This document shows, piece after piece, positions 52,130 through 64,000 of a stretch of 64,000 bases of DNA. The notes under the pieces were generated by a model. It made no database searches and was not told the DNA's origin. It was given only the letters and a program-made list of their open reading frames with translations. This stretch comes from the human T2T-CHM13v2.0 reference genome, Homo sapiens: the NCBI RefSeq assembly GCF_009914755.1, contig NC_060927.1; one strand, given 5' to 3'. How positions within the stretch are numbered: the stretch's first letter is position 1; the number at the start of each line of letters is the position of its first letter. The translations under genes and the position numbers were made by a program.

Positions 52130-55100
52130 TCCTTATAATTTCCAGAAAGTAGCACAAGTACTAATTTACATTATAATTTGATAAGTCATGAAAAATTTTT
52201 ATTCTGGTGGGTAAAATATAATAAATGTATGTATAATGGATAAGTTAATAGAGTGGAAAATTAGGATAAGAAAAAACTACTAACCAACTCCCTTCCCAAA
52301 AAGAGGGAGGACACATTAACAAATGGGACAAATACAAGATAAGTAGGTAGCTTTGTTCTAAAATATGTCAGCAATTATATTAAATGTAAACTGACTAAAT
52401 AGGCTAATTACCAGACAATAATTTGCAAACTGCTAAAACAACAATATGCTGTTACAAGAGATACATTTTAAACTTACAGATGTAGAAAGTTTAACGCAAA
52501 ACTGCAAAAGGATATAGTATGTAAACCATAACCAAAGAAAACTTGTGTAACTATACTAATATCAGAGGATACAGACTTTAAGGCAAAAACTTTTTTAAGG
52601 ATAATATTTTATAATAGAAATTGGTTAATTCAGCAGAAGATGTAATAATCCTAAATTTGTATATGCCTAATGATGACATAGATTTATAGTATACAGGTAG
52701 TGCTTACTTTGCATGGTACCACGTTAACTAAAACATGTGCTTATCTGAATTGTGTTTTCATTTTGCATGGAATCATGATGTGTGTGTATGTATAATTTGA
52801 TAGAACTAAAAATATTTTTAAAATTGGACAGAACTAAAATGAAAAATACTCAAATCTACAATTGTAGTTGGAGATTTTAACAAACCTCTTCCAGTCACTG
52901 AGAAAACAAACAAACAAAGAAATAATTAGTGTGGATAAAGAAAATTAAAACCACATGATTAACAACTTAACCAAGTTGACACATATAATACATTATGTAT
53001 ATAGTACTAGCAGACCACACATTATTTTCAAGTGCTTATAGAGTATTTGCCAAAGTTGTATATTTGCTGAACCAAAAAACATGCCAATAAATTTCAGAGG
53101 ATTAAAATAATACACAATATGTTCTCTAACCACAAGAGAATTTAGCAAGATTATCAATAAGAAAAAGATAAATGAAAAATCCCCTAATTGTTTAGTCATT
53201 AAGTACTACACTTCTGAATAGCTTCTATGTCATAGAAGAAATCAGTATAAAAATTAGAATATATTTTAAACAAAATTGCAATAACAATGTGACATATCAA
53301 AAACTTGTGCAATGTAGCTAAAGCTGTGCCTCCAGGAAAATTTATAGTTTATATTACATTTCTTAAAAAGTGAAGAAAAGCTGAAAATCAGTGATCTTAG
53401 TATCCAACCCAGTAAGCTAGATAAACAGTGAATTAAACCCAAAGAAAGTAGTAGAAAGATAACAATAAAGATATAATGGTTAATTTTATGTGTCAACTTG
53501 ACTGGGCCTTGAGGTAACCAAATATTGGTCAAACATCATTCTAAAGGTTTAGGTGAGGATGTTTTGGTTGAGATGAATATTTAAATCTGTAGACTGAGTG
53601 AAGCAGGTTGCCATTCCTAATGCGAGTGGGTCTCATCAATCAGCTGAAGGCCTGAATAGAACAAAAAGGCTAACCCTTTTTCAAGTAAGAGAGAATTCTT
53701 CCTGCCTGACTGCTTTTGAACTGAGACATCAGCTTTTTCCTGCCTTTGGACTCTAACTGAAACATCGGCTCTTCCTGGTTCTTGAGCCTGCTGACCTTCA
53801 GACTGGAACTATACCATTGGTTCTCCTGGTTCTCAGGTCTTCAGACTCAGACTGGCACACCATCAGCTCTCCTGGATCTCCTGCTTGCCAGCTCACCCTG
53901 CAGATCTTGGGACTTGTCAGCCTTCATAATCACGTGAGCCAATTCCTCATAATAAATATCTTTTTCTATACATAGAAAAACATCTCTTGGTTCTAATTTT
54001 TCGGAGAACCTTAATTCAAAAGATGAGAGCGGAAATTAAAAGAATAGAAAACAAAAATTTAGTACATTAACAAAACAGTTATTTGAAAATACTAACAAAA
54101 TTGATGCATCTCTGGCAAGTCTGATCAAGAATGAAAGAGAAGGCACAAAAAATCACAACCAATTTATGCTCCCCCTAGTAGTACAGTTGGTTTAACTTTT
54201 CAGAATCAGTCAATGCAATTCACAGAAATAAGGAGAAAAATATATGGCAATAAAAATAGCTAATAAGCAGCATTTAATAAAATTTACCTTCTCTTCATTA
54301 TAAAAATCTCTTGGTACACTAGGGAAAGAAAGGAATTTCATTAATATGAACTTTGTTAATTTTCCCAAAGCTATGAAAACATCCTCCTTAATGATGAATT
54401 AATATTTTTCCTCCTGAAATGATAAATGAGACAAAGATGGCTATGATTTATTCCTTTAATTTAACATTGTACAGCTATTCACAATATTGGTCATTAGATG
54501 AGAAGGAAATGGAACTCATATACATTTTGTGAAAATGAAAACATGAAGTGGTTGGTATAACCACTTTGGAAAACTGCTTGGCAGTATCTATTAAAGTTAA
54601 ACATACTAATATCCTATGGATCAATATACATTTAACAGAAATGCATATATGTATTTACCAAAAGATATGTACAAGGTTGTTCATGGCAGTATTATTACAT
54701 CAACTGTAAAATGAATAAATTAATTTGTGGTAGTGCCATAGCCAAACAATGAAATGCTATTTTAATAATGAAATTAAATTAACTAATGCTACAAATATAA
54801 TAGAAATAGAAGCAAGAAAGAGAGCAATATGTATTGTATAATTCTACCTGTCTAATTCGAAACAGGTAACAGTAGCCTATGGTGTTAGAAGTCAGGATAG
54901 TGGTTATTTTTAGAGAGGAGAGTGGGAATATTAACTAGGTAAGAGTACGAAATAGGCTTCTGTGAATGGCTTGTATTGTTTTTCTTGTATTACTTGTCTT
55001 CTATTGTGTTTTTTAACGTGGATTGTAGTTTCATGGGTATGTTTACTTCATCATAATTCATTAAATATACATCTATAATCTGTGTACATTATATATATTT

Positions 55101-55710
55101 CAACAAAAATATTTATTTTAAAATTAAACACCTATTCCTAATAAAAGAAATGTATAACATATAAATCAATTTATACTTCTTTAAATCTCTCTCTCTCTCT
55201 TTCTATGCCCTCTCCCTCCCTCCCCAGAATTCAGGATCTTATTTAATGGGGAAACACTAGAGGCATAGCCACCAAAGTCAGGAAGAAGGCAAGGATGCTT
55301 AGCCTCTCTACTATTTTTAATACTCTAGGATGATTTTTAGCAAAGCAGTTAGATAAATACAAACAATTAGAGACATAAAAATTAGAAAAAAATAAAGTAG
55401 TCTCTATTTTAGATTATATGATAATATATCTGGAATGGCAAAGAGAATCAACCTTAAAATGAATACAAACAAAATAATTTAGAAAGGTGTATACTAAAAT
55501 CTAACTATAGAATTAATACCCTATTAGAAAAGGTAATGAAGAGAAGAACCCATATAAAATAGCAATAAGAAAGTTAAAATAACTAGGTATAAAATTAACA
55601 AGAAAATCAATATGTGGAAAACTTTCAAACTTCCTAAAAGATATAAACATATACTCGAATAAATAAAAGGTGGTATCCTTTGCTCTTGAATAAGGTGGCT
55701 CATTATTTTT
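52130..55710 (+). mobile_element. Ancient L1M fragments interrupted by MLT2
   Basis: ORF2 EN motifs (gtagttggagattttaac; atgttctctaaccacaa) and L1ME-like 3'UTR (gaagtcaggatagtggtta). Confidence 0.65.
53473..54018. mobile_element. MLT2B-like LTR
   Basis: taatggttaattttatgtgtcaacttgactgggcc..cctgcagatcttgggacttgtcagcc..ggagaacc. Confidence 0.85.
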
Positions 55711-56642
55711 AATTCTGCTTTCTGAGATTTACTTTTTTCTTTACTTTTCAAAGTCAAATGCTTATATCATTAAAACATTTTCAGTTTTTCTTCTCTACGT
55801 ACATATTTACAAAACCATAAAATTTCCTCTTAAGATTCATCTGTGTCTTGTGAGGCATTTTTGTTCAGTTCTGTTTTATATATTTCATTATGATTTCTTC
55901 TTTGCTTATTAATTACCTACAGATATATTTTTTAGTTTTCAAAATATTTTTGTCATGACTTCTAATTTTATTTTACTGTGGTTAGAATATAATATCTACA
56001 ATTTTGATTTTTTGGTATTTAACAATTAATTTGTTATTCACCAAATACCTATTTTTTTCAGACACTAGTGTAGGTTCTAATGATATCATGGTGAAGAAGT
56101 AACCCTACTTCTTTGCCTTTATGGTACTTGCTTCTATTGTGAGAGACATTTTCTGTTTAAAAAATATGTATATATAATTTGTGGTTTGGGCATTGTTCCT
56201 GTTTTGGTGTGGTCAAATATTGCAGAGTGCTCTTATTTTTGTCTTGGTTCCTCATGGTCACAGAGTGGCCTTGTCTAATGTCTCCTGGATGTCAGGGGGA
56301 TTCTTTTCTCTTTTCTAATTCTCTAACTGATTCTAATATCATGTTTTCTAAATCATAATCTTGTATACTTATCTCAACAGTTTATGGTGTTTTTGAGGTT
56401 CAGTATGTTATATTTTGTGATTTACTGGGGCTATTGCTAGCAATGTTTTATAAGCAAATCAACTTTTATCTTTCAGATATTTACTTTAATAAAATATAAT
56501 AGTGTTTTAGGATATTATTTTATTAAATCTTGGGGCTCAAATTTAGAAAGATTATATTATTCATTTTATTGCTTAAGTTATATTTTCTAAACTTTTTAGG
56601 CTAATGAATCTCCTTGCCAATATCTCCTTGCCAAGAGTCTCA

Positions 56643-56978
<336 letters not shown>

Positions 56979-58338
56979 ATTGGTTTCATCGTTCATCATT
57001 TTCTCTTGTATGTAAAAAAAATCAATTTGAAGTTAAAACATATCTTAGTACACTTAGTACAGTCATATCAATTTTATTTTAAGAAATATTACTCAAATAT
57101 GTATTTAGTTTTGACATTTTCACTTAGCAAGTCATATATGCCATTTACTTCAAGTTAACATGTAAAAAGCTCAATTTTTTGTCATTTTTAACATTTATTG
57201 TGTGTGGTTTAATAACCAAGCATTTTTGTTATAGCTTCAAAAATAAATGTATATTGCTTTAATGAACTGATATTTGAAACCTTTTGTGTTTTTACTGCGA
57301 AAACTACTAGCTGGTTTACTTTTGTTATTTTTTGTGTCTCATTGTAAGATGTCGAGATAAGTGATAAGGTCTCAGGATGCTCTGCAGGCTTAGGTTATCA
57401 CCACCACTATATTTTCTGTTCTTACCAATGGTTTTTTGAAGTTATTGATACATCTTTATCCAGTGTATAAGAATTTTCATCAGAGGAATACTACTAATGT
57501 ATTTGAAGAAAATCATCTTAAGGCAAATCTGTCAGAAATATATCATTATTTTAACATTGGCTATTTTTATCCTTCCTCTTATTTTTTTTCCCTAACCAAT
57601 GATAGGTTAAATTTTCTGTCATTGGTAACAAAAAAATAGGAAGGATACAAATAATAATTGTGAATCATTTAACAGCAAAAGTTATCAGTATGGCTAGCAT
57701 TGTTTAGCTTAATGACTGAGTCTTAAAGATGATCATATTATAATCATGATATGTTCTAAAATTCTTCTATTTTAAAGAAATATTTTATTAATCATCTTAT
57801 TTATTGATTTAAAAATAAATATTAATCTTTTTAATGACGTGAATCTCTAGAATAACTTTATAATCTTCAGAGGGTTCATAAAACATCAGTTTAAAATATT
57901 GAATTCGGTCAAAGAGAAAATAGGATTTGGTAGAAGAAATTTGAAGCCAAATTTGAAGCCACATTTCTCAAGTGCATAGGACTGAATGGCATATACATAG
58001 TTCATTAATCTTATCCCATTTCATGTTTTATTTCATCTTCGTTTTCTATCCCATTTTTCTTTTCTTCCAATTTTCATACTTATTTTATATCATGTCATAT
58101 ATATTTATATTCTTCCTTATTTCCTCTTTGAAATTAGGTGATTTATTGGTAAGTGTTCATATTGAAGCAGAGTTTGCCATTTTTTAAATGTAGAAAACCT
58201 ATATTCAAGTTCTAGAAAAATTTATTCTAAATAAGGATGTTATGTGGTATGATTTTACTTTATTAACATTAAACTTTATTTGAAGCAAGTTAAAATTAAT
58301 GTTAGAATTAAGAAAATGATTGTTCTAATGTTTTCCAG

Positions 58339-58422
58339 CTGCTAATAGGTTATGAAAATGGTACTGTAGTATTCTGGGACTTGAAATCTAAAAGAGCAGA
58401 ACTGAGAGTTTATTATGATGAG
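58339..58422 (+). CDS. STXBP5L: STXBP5L coding exon, 84 nt, phase 0-0 (probably exon 8)
   Basis: ttttccag|CTG...GAG|gtaagt; LLIGYENGTVVFWDLKSKRAELRVYYDE with WD motif; in frame. Confidence 0.96.
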
Positions 58423-60199
58423 GTAAGTGATTTCTACCGACATGTTTGAAAGAGTATTGTGACGTTATGCCTGTTTACTACTTTTAAGCTTTGCACTTTA
58501 CCAGTATGTTTAGCCTTGGAAAGTTGCCTGATTCTGACCCAGTGCTTCACACTGTCTTTTAGTATTTGTGTAAGTTCCATCTCTAGATTTTTCTTTTAAG
58601 AGGAAATTCTGCCTTGACTGCCTATTTCGGGGCCCTCTTGTGGCATCTTATATACTTTGCATTTGTTAATAGATCCTGCCTTGTCAATCTTATATACTTG
58701 GGTGCCTGTCACCTGTACTATATCCCCAACTTTGTCTCAACTGCTTTTCCTTTCTGTAGGCTCCATGCTACGTTGTGCCTCATTGTCCTTAAGGTCTCTA
58801 AAGACACTATTCACACCTTCCTTAGAAAATTCCTTTTCAGTGGCAAGAAGTTCAAGTCAGTTTGAAAGGTCTTGTCTTCTAATACTTGCCTTCTTAGAAT
58901 AAAGAAAAATTTTGTAAATAGTAATACTTATTAAGTGACCAGATATTAATAAGTGACACTTATTAAATGACCAGATCTTGAAGTAAGTTTTATTGTATGT
59001 AATTGAGACTTGATTAAGTTTGTATTTAGGGGAAGCAACAAACTCCTATTCATCAAGGAATAATCTCCCAGTTGACACTTCAGTTGTTCAAATATTAATT
59101 CCGGGCCATTAATTATTTTTCCATTCAGAAGAGGCTAATAAGAAGACCGTAAAACTGGGGGCAACAGATTAAAAGGGAAATTACCTTTTGTACCTGTGGA
59201 AACAAAGGTGATCATCTGTGCTATTAATTCAATTTGAAAATGGTGGGAGTAGGAAGAGATAGGAGGAAAATATATGTCAAAAATTTATGTCCAGTAAAAC
59301 CTAATCTTATATAGGAAAAGTGCCAAATAATTTAAAGCAGCACTGAAATAATTAGAAAATGAAACACACACACATTTATTTTAGAACACTTCCTTATTTT
59401 ATCATTGGAGGGATAAAAAAAGTCTCCAGATGAACCTGTAGTCACCCTAGAATACTTTACATGTTCTCTCCCATCCCCCTCATAACAGTTAATTTTTTAA
59501 GTTTCGGTGCTTAAAGATATAAGCCTTCACCTATTTCATAAGCTGCACAATTCGTTATCAGTCATTCTCATAGTGGTAAAAAAATGTTTAGAAATAAAAT
59601 AAAATGGCAGCTGGGTAATTTTTTCACAATTGGTGAAAAATAATCTGATAAGTAATATCATGCAGTTATGTTCTTTATAATCAAATTCTTCAGCATCTTG
59701 AATCATAAGAAAAGAAGGTCTTAGGGAGCTAAGCTAGGAGTTTCCTTTTGTTATACAAATCATAAAGATGGGGATGGATAGTGCTCCTTCTCTTCCCTCT
59801 CTCAACACTAGCAGCTAAATAAGAATACAAACACCATGGGAATATTTAGCCAGTTGGAATTAGAATAACCAGCTCAAAAGAAAACCCAGAGGAAAATGCT
59901 GAATCATCTAGCTTTCCTATGGCCTTAAAAAGTATGGAAGAAACGTTTTGAGCCTTAAAAAGAGAGTAAAATTTCAGTGAAATTTTAAAATAAGGATTTG
60001 CAGCTGCCTTAGTACAAATATATGTAATTTATACCTAGAAGTTATTGACATCTGATATATGTATGTAAATATATCATCTTTATCTACTTTAATGTGTCAT
60101 TATATGCTCTATTGTTTTAACAGAGATAGTTAAATACTTCATTTCACTACCAAACTTTTCAGCCTCTCCTCAGCACTTTACCTCTCATATCTAGAAAGC

Positions 60200-61760
60200 A
60201 TGCTTAATACTTACCTGAAATGTTTTTTCTTAAGTCACCAATAAGCTCTTCATTACTACACACAGTGACCTCTTCCAAGCCTTTAAATTCCTCACTAAAC
60301 CTGTGGCTTTACCTCAGTTTCTCCTCCTTAAAATAATTTATTCACTTGTCTGTGTCTTTCCACCTCATTTATCATGCACCTTTTTCCATAACTGATTTTT
60401 CCCTTAGCTCTCCTTTACGTTATTGATATTCTTCAGGATATTATGTCTTTACCCTCATTTCTTCTCTCTCTAATTTATACTTTCTAGTGTTTATATTATC
60501 TCTTATTTCAAATATTACCTTTATGCTAAAAAAAGAACATCCATATATCTGTAGCCTTTACCTCCCTCTTGAACTCTAGATCTAAATATCTAACAATATA
60601 TTAGATAAATCCAGCAAAATATCCCATTGGCACTGAATTTGTATTTAAATATCTAAACCTCCTTCTATGTTTTCTTCTGGTTTTTAAGTCTTGTTTAGTT
60701 AATTCAGTTTAGACCCCTCAAAGTAATATTTGTCTCTTCCATCATCGTGTTGTATATGCAATCAATTTCTGCAGGCTTTCTGATTCTGATTTTATATTGT
60801 CTCATTTATTTCCTCTTTTCTAATTCCCACTTCCAATGTCCTAGTTTAAGTTGTTATCTTTTGCCTGGATGACTATAAGAGCATTTTAACTAATCACAAC
60901 CACTTTTCCTTTGATGTCTTACCTCTTCAATATATCCTTCATTAACAAGATTATCATTTTAAAACAGATTATGGAATTCTCTACAACAGAACCTTTGAAT
61001 AGCTCTCAATTGTCGACAATACACAGTCCATATTGCTTGACTTGAGATTTAAGGTCCTAGTGCTATCATTCCTCTTTAGTTAAATTTACAACATCCTTCT
61101 ACACATTCCCCACATTTCAGACATATTACTCACTATCTTCCATATATAACACTTATTGCTTATCTCTGAGCCTTTGCTCCTTCTAACTTCTCATCATGAA
61201 CTGCCTTCTTTCCTCTTCTGTATATCAAAATTCTGTTAGGTCTTTAGCCCCTGTAAAACTATTTAGACAATTTAACTAGCCTCTTCATAAATAGCCATTG
61301 ATGAATGGATATTGTTATCCAGTTTTTTGGATTTCCTTCTTCTTTCATGTGTTCAAGAAACTCAGTCTCAGCCACTGAGTTGATAAAACTAGCTAGTATT
61401 TTATGTTTAAAATTCTGTTTTCTATCTCTTAAAATTCTTTTTGGATTAGTTGTATTATATTTGTTTTTTTCAGTAAGCCCTCTGAGCCCCCCTCCCTTTT
61501 TTTGAGAAAAGAGAGGGGTAGAATCTAATAAATAGAAATTGAATATTTATCCATCAAGTTAGATCAAATGCTAGCTACTCAGTAATGCACTATATGAGAC
61601 CCTGATCTCTAATAACAAGTTGGTTTTACATGCTTGCTTTTCTAAACAATAAATATACTTCTTTAATAGTACTGACTTACTTTGGCTTTATTTAGCTATT
61701 GTTTTTATATCTGTCCTCTCCAGTAGATAGAAATTCAGTGAAATAAGAAAGTTTAGGGTT
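60200..61760 (+). mobile_element. Degenerate L2
   Basis: tgaactctagatctaaatatctaac, tgcctggatgactataa, tctgtcctctccagtagat resemble the L2 3' region. Confidence 0.5.
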
Positions 61761-62506
61761 GAGAGTGCCTTTTCTGCCTCCATCTTTGATGGCAAAACAG
61801 TTTGAGACAACTTTAAGTTAAATGAGGCTCATCAAAGTTAACATGTAGGGGAGGCAAGAAGATGTGACTTTCCCTTGAACCACCTACAGAAGGGAGAAGA
61901 AATAAGCAGAGGAGAAGAGAAAAAAAGTATTTTATCTCTAACTTCCTCTGCTGGACCCTAGCAAAAAAGAAATCTCTGCTTAGTAATGAAGGCCACAGAG
62001 TGAGAGAAAACACAAGTCCAGGATTTCATGTTGCTTTTTCCACTTAATCAAATCTTATTTTCTTGATTATATGTGTAATAATTACTTTAGCCATCAGTTA
62101 TCTGCAACTCTAATAATACTGATTGTTTAGAACTTTTATCAGTTATGTATGTGTAACTTAGTTTGGAAATTTTAGTTGTATGTGTCTGTGTGTGAAGTTT
62201 CAAAAAATAAATATGATTAGTATTCACTTATATTAATCTTCTCTCTCTTGCTGTTTTATAAGTGTCTTTAAGGAAAAGATGTTGTATGCTTCTTTTCTGC
62301 CTTTATGTCTACTAGAATTTTTCTTATAGTACTTAGTACTTTACCCAAGTTCTGTATGTACTTTATTAATTTAGAAAGAATACCAAGGGTGTGGAAATGC
62401 ATATGACATTAATTACTAATTCAGTCAACAGATATTTATTGAGTACTTACTTTATGCTGGTCACTATGCTAGCATTGGGAATACAATAGCTTGGGAAAAT
62501 GAAATA

Positions 62507-62832
62507 CAGTCAGCCCTCCGTATCCATAAATTCCATATCCTTGGATTCAACTAACTATAATAGGAAATATTTTAAAAACAAAAAATAATTTTAAAACAAT
62601 ATAATAATTTATAATAATACAAATAAAAAGACAGTATAGTATAACTACTTACATATCATTTACATTCTATTAGTAATCTAGGGATGATTTTAAGTATATG
62701 GGAGGATATTCATAGGTTGTATGCAAATAGTATGCTGTTTTATATAAGGGACTTGAGCATCTGTGGATTTTAGAATCTGAGGGAGTGTGGGAGTTCTCTA
62801 ACTAATCCCCAGTGGATACCGAGGGATGGCTG
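62507..62832. mobile_element. MER2 (Tigger-derived MITE)
   Basis: TIRs cagtcagccctccgtatcc / ggataccgagggatggctg flanked by TA TSDs. Confidence 0.9.
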
Positions 62833-62944
62833 TAATTACTTTTGAATCTTATCTGACTCAAAACTACAGAGTTAACCTGAAAATATAAAAGAAAATTTAA
62901 ACCTTTCTTGCTTTAAATTGATTTAAATAGTATATGCAAGAGGG

Positions 62945-63160
62945 CAATACAGTGCAATGATTGAGAACGTTTTTCGTAGTTAGACCTTGGTTTTGAGTTC
63001 TGTGACTTGAGCAAGTATCTCAATCTCTCAAGGCCTGTTTCACCATGTGTAAATTGAAAAATCAATACACTTTTTATAGGATTAAATGAAATAATGTGTA
63101 TAAAATGCTTGCCTTGGGGTTTGGCACATAGAAAGCCTTCAGATGGTAGCTCTTACTTAA
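62945..63160 (+). mobile_element. MIR
   Basis: tgtgacttgagcaagt..gcctgtttcaccatgtgtaaa..ggattaaatgaaataatgtgtataaaatgctt..tggcacatag. Confidence 0.75.
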
Positions 63161-63365
63161 ATTATTCTTTTAATTGGCTATGTGAGGAGGAAATAGGACT
63201 TCATCTTACCAGAAATTATAGTCTGATATGGGTCAGAAAAATTATGTTTTTTAAGTGTTGTTAGTATAATAATTTTATATCAGAATAGTTTTTCTTTGGA
63301 ATATAGAATGATATAACCTATCTACTTTTTTCCCCCTCTACTTGTTTTAATTGTTATTTTATTAG

Positions 63366-63489
63366 GCTATTCATTCAATTGATTGGCATCATGAGGGCAA
63401 ACAGTTCATGTGCAGCCATTCAGATGGTAGTTTGACTTTATGGAACCTGAAAAGCCCAAGTCGCCCTTTCCAGACCACAATTCCACATG
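63366..63489 (+). CDS. STXBP5L: STXBP5L coding exon, 124 nt, phase 0-1 (probably exon 9)
   Basis: ttttattag|GCT...CAT G|gtaaga; AIHSIDWHHEGKQFMCSHSDGSLTLWNLKSPSRPFQTTIPH(G), WD40 repeat; in frame. Confidence 0.96.
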
Positions 63490-64000
63490 GTAAGATGTAT
63501 GCTTTCAAAAGGAATAAACACTGGCAATTCAGTGCCTTGACTTGAAGTAAGAGAGATGGTATTAATGCGTTTGGTAGAAAAAAGTAATAGGACATAGCTT
63601 CTGGTTCTAAACATCCCTTTTATACCACCTACAGATCCCAACATTGTACCCCAAACTTTCCATACTTCCCTTCTTCCTACCAACCCACATCCCTGTTTTG
63701 TAAGCTGTAGTTATGTACTGTCCCAACCAAAAATTGGATAATGGATGGTTGATATATCTGGGGCAGAGGAGATAATATAGGAAATTTTGTCACTTTTAAG
63801 GGCTGAGGAGCCAGTGAGAGAATGGCACTATTTAGATGTGACTTTCAGAGTTAATTCCTATACTACTTTATAGTCTGTTGTTTTCTAGATTCTCCCACTT
63901 GTTTCCATTTCTGCCATTTGATTCCAGTAAGTTATGAAGACTGTGGTTTTAATTTTAGGTTTTACTTTTCTTATTGCCTTCCACATTGAGAAGAGCATTT

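Overview
Primate (probably human/hominoid) genomic DNA from inside STXBP5L (tomosyn-2), + strand. Four small coding exons (20788-20922, 27504-27567, 58339-58422, 63366-63489) have GT-AG sites and compatible phases, and splice into an open WD40 beta-propeller segment. The rest is intron filled with nested L1PA/L1PB/L1M, Alu, MaLR/ERVL, MER, L2 and MIR relics; nearly all ORF-track ORFs are L1/Alu debris. I found no convincing new multi-gene system. The most notable items are: (1) a processed KRAB-ZNF (ZNF561/562/426-like) retrocopy joined directly to an L1 at the start of ORF2; (2) a 50-bp perfect copy of that L1 inserted inside the retrocopy; (3) an old L1MA insertion with an apparent 3' transduction, its own AATAAA/A-tail and TSD; (4) several locally templated or fold-back insertion scars; (5) a candidate poison acceptor/microexon just before the 64-nt exon. 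Repeat subfamily names and protein comparisons are from memory of consensus sequences, not database searches, and repeat boundaries are approximate unless TSDs are quoted.
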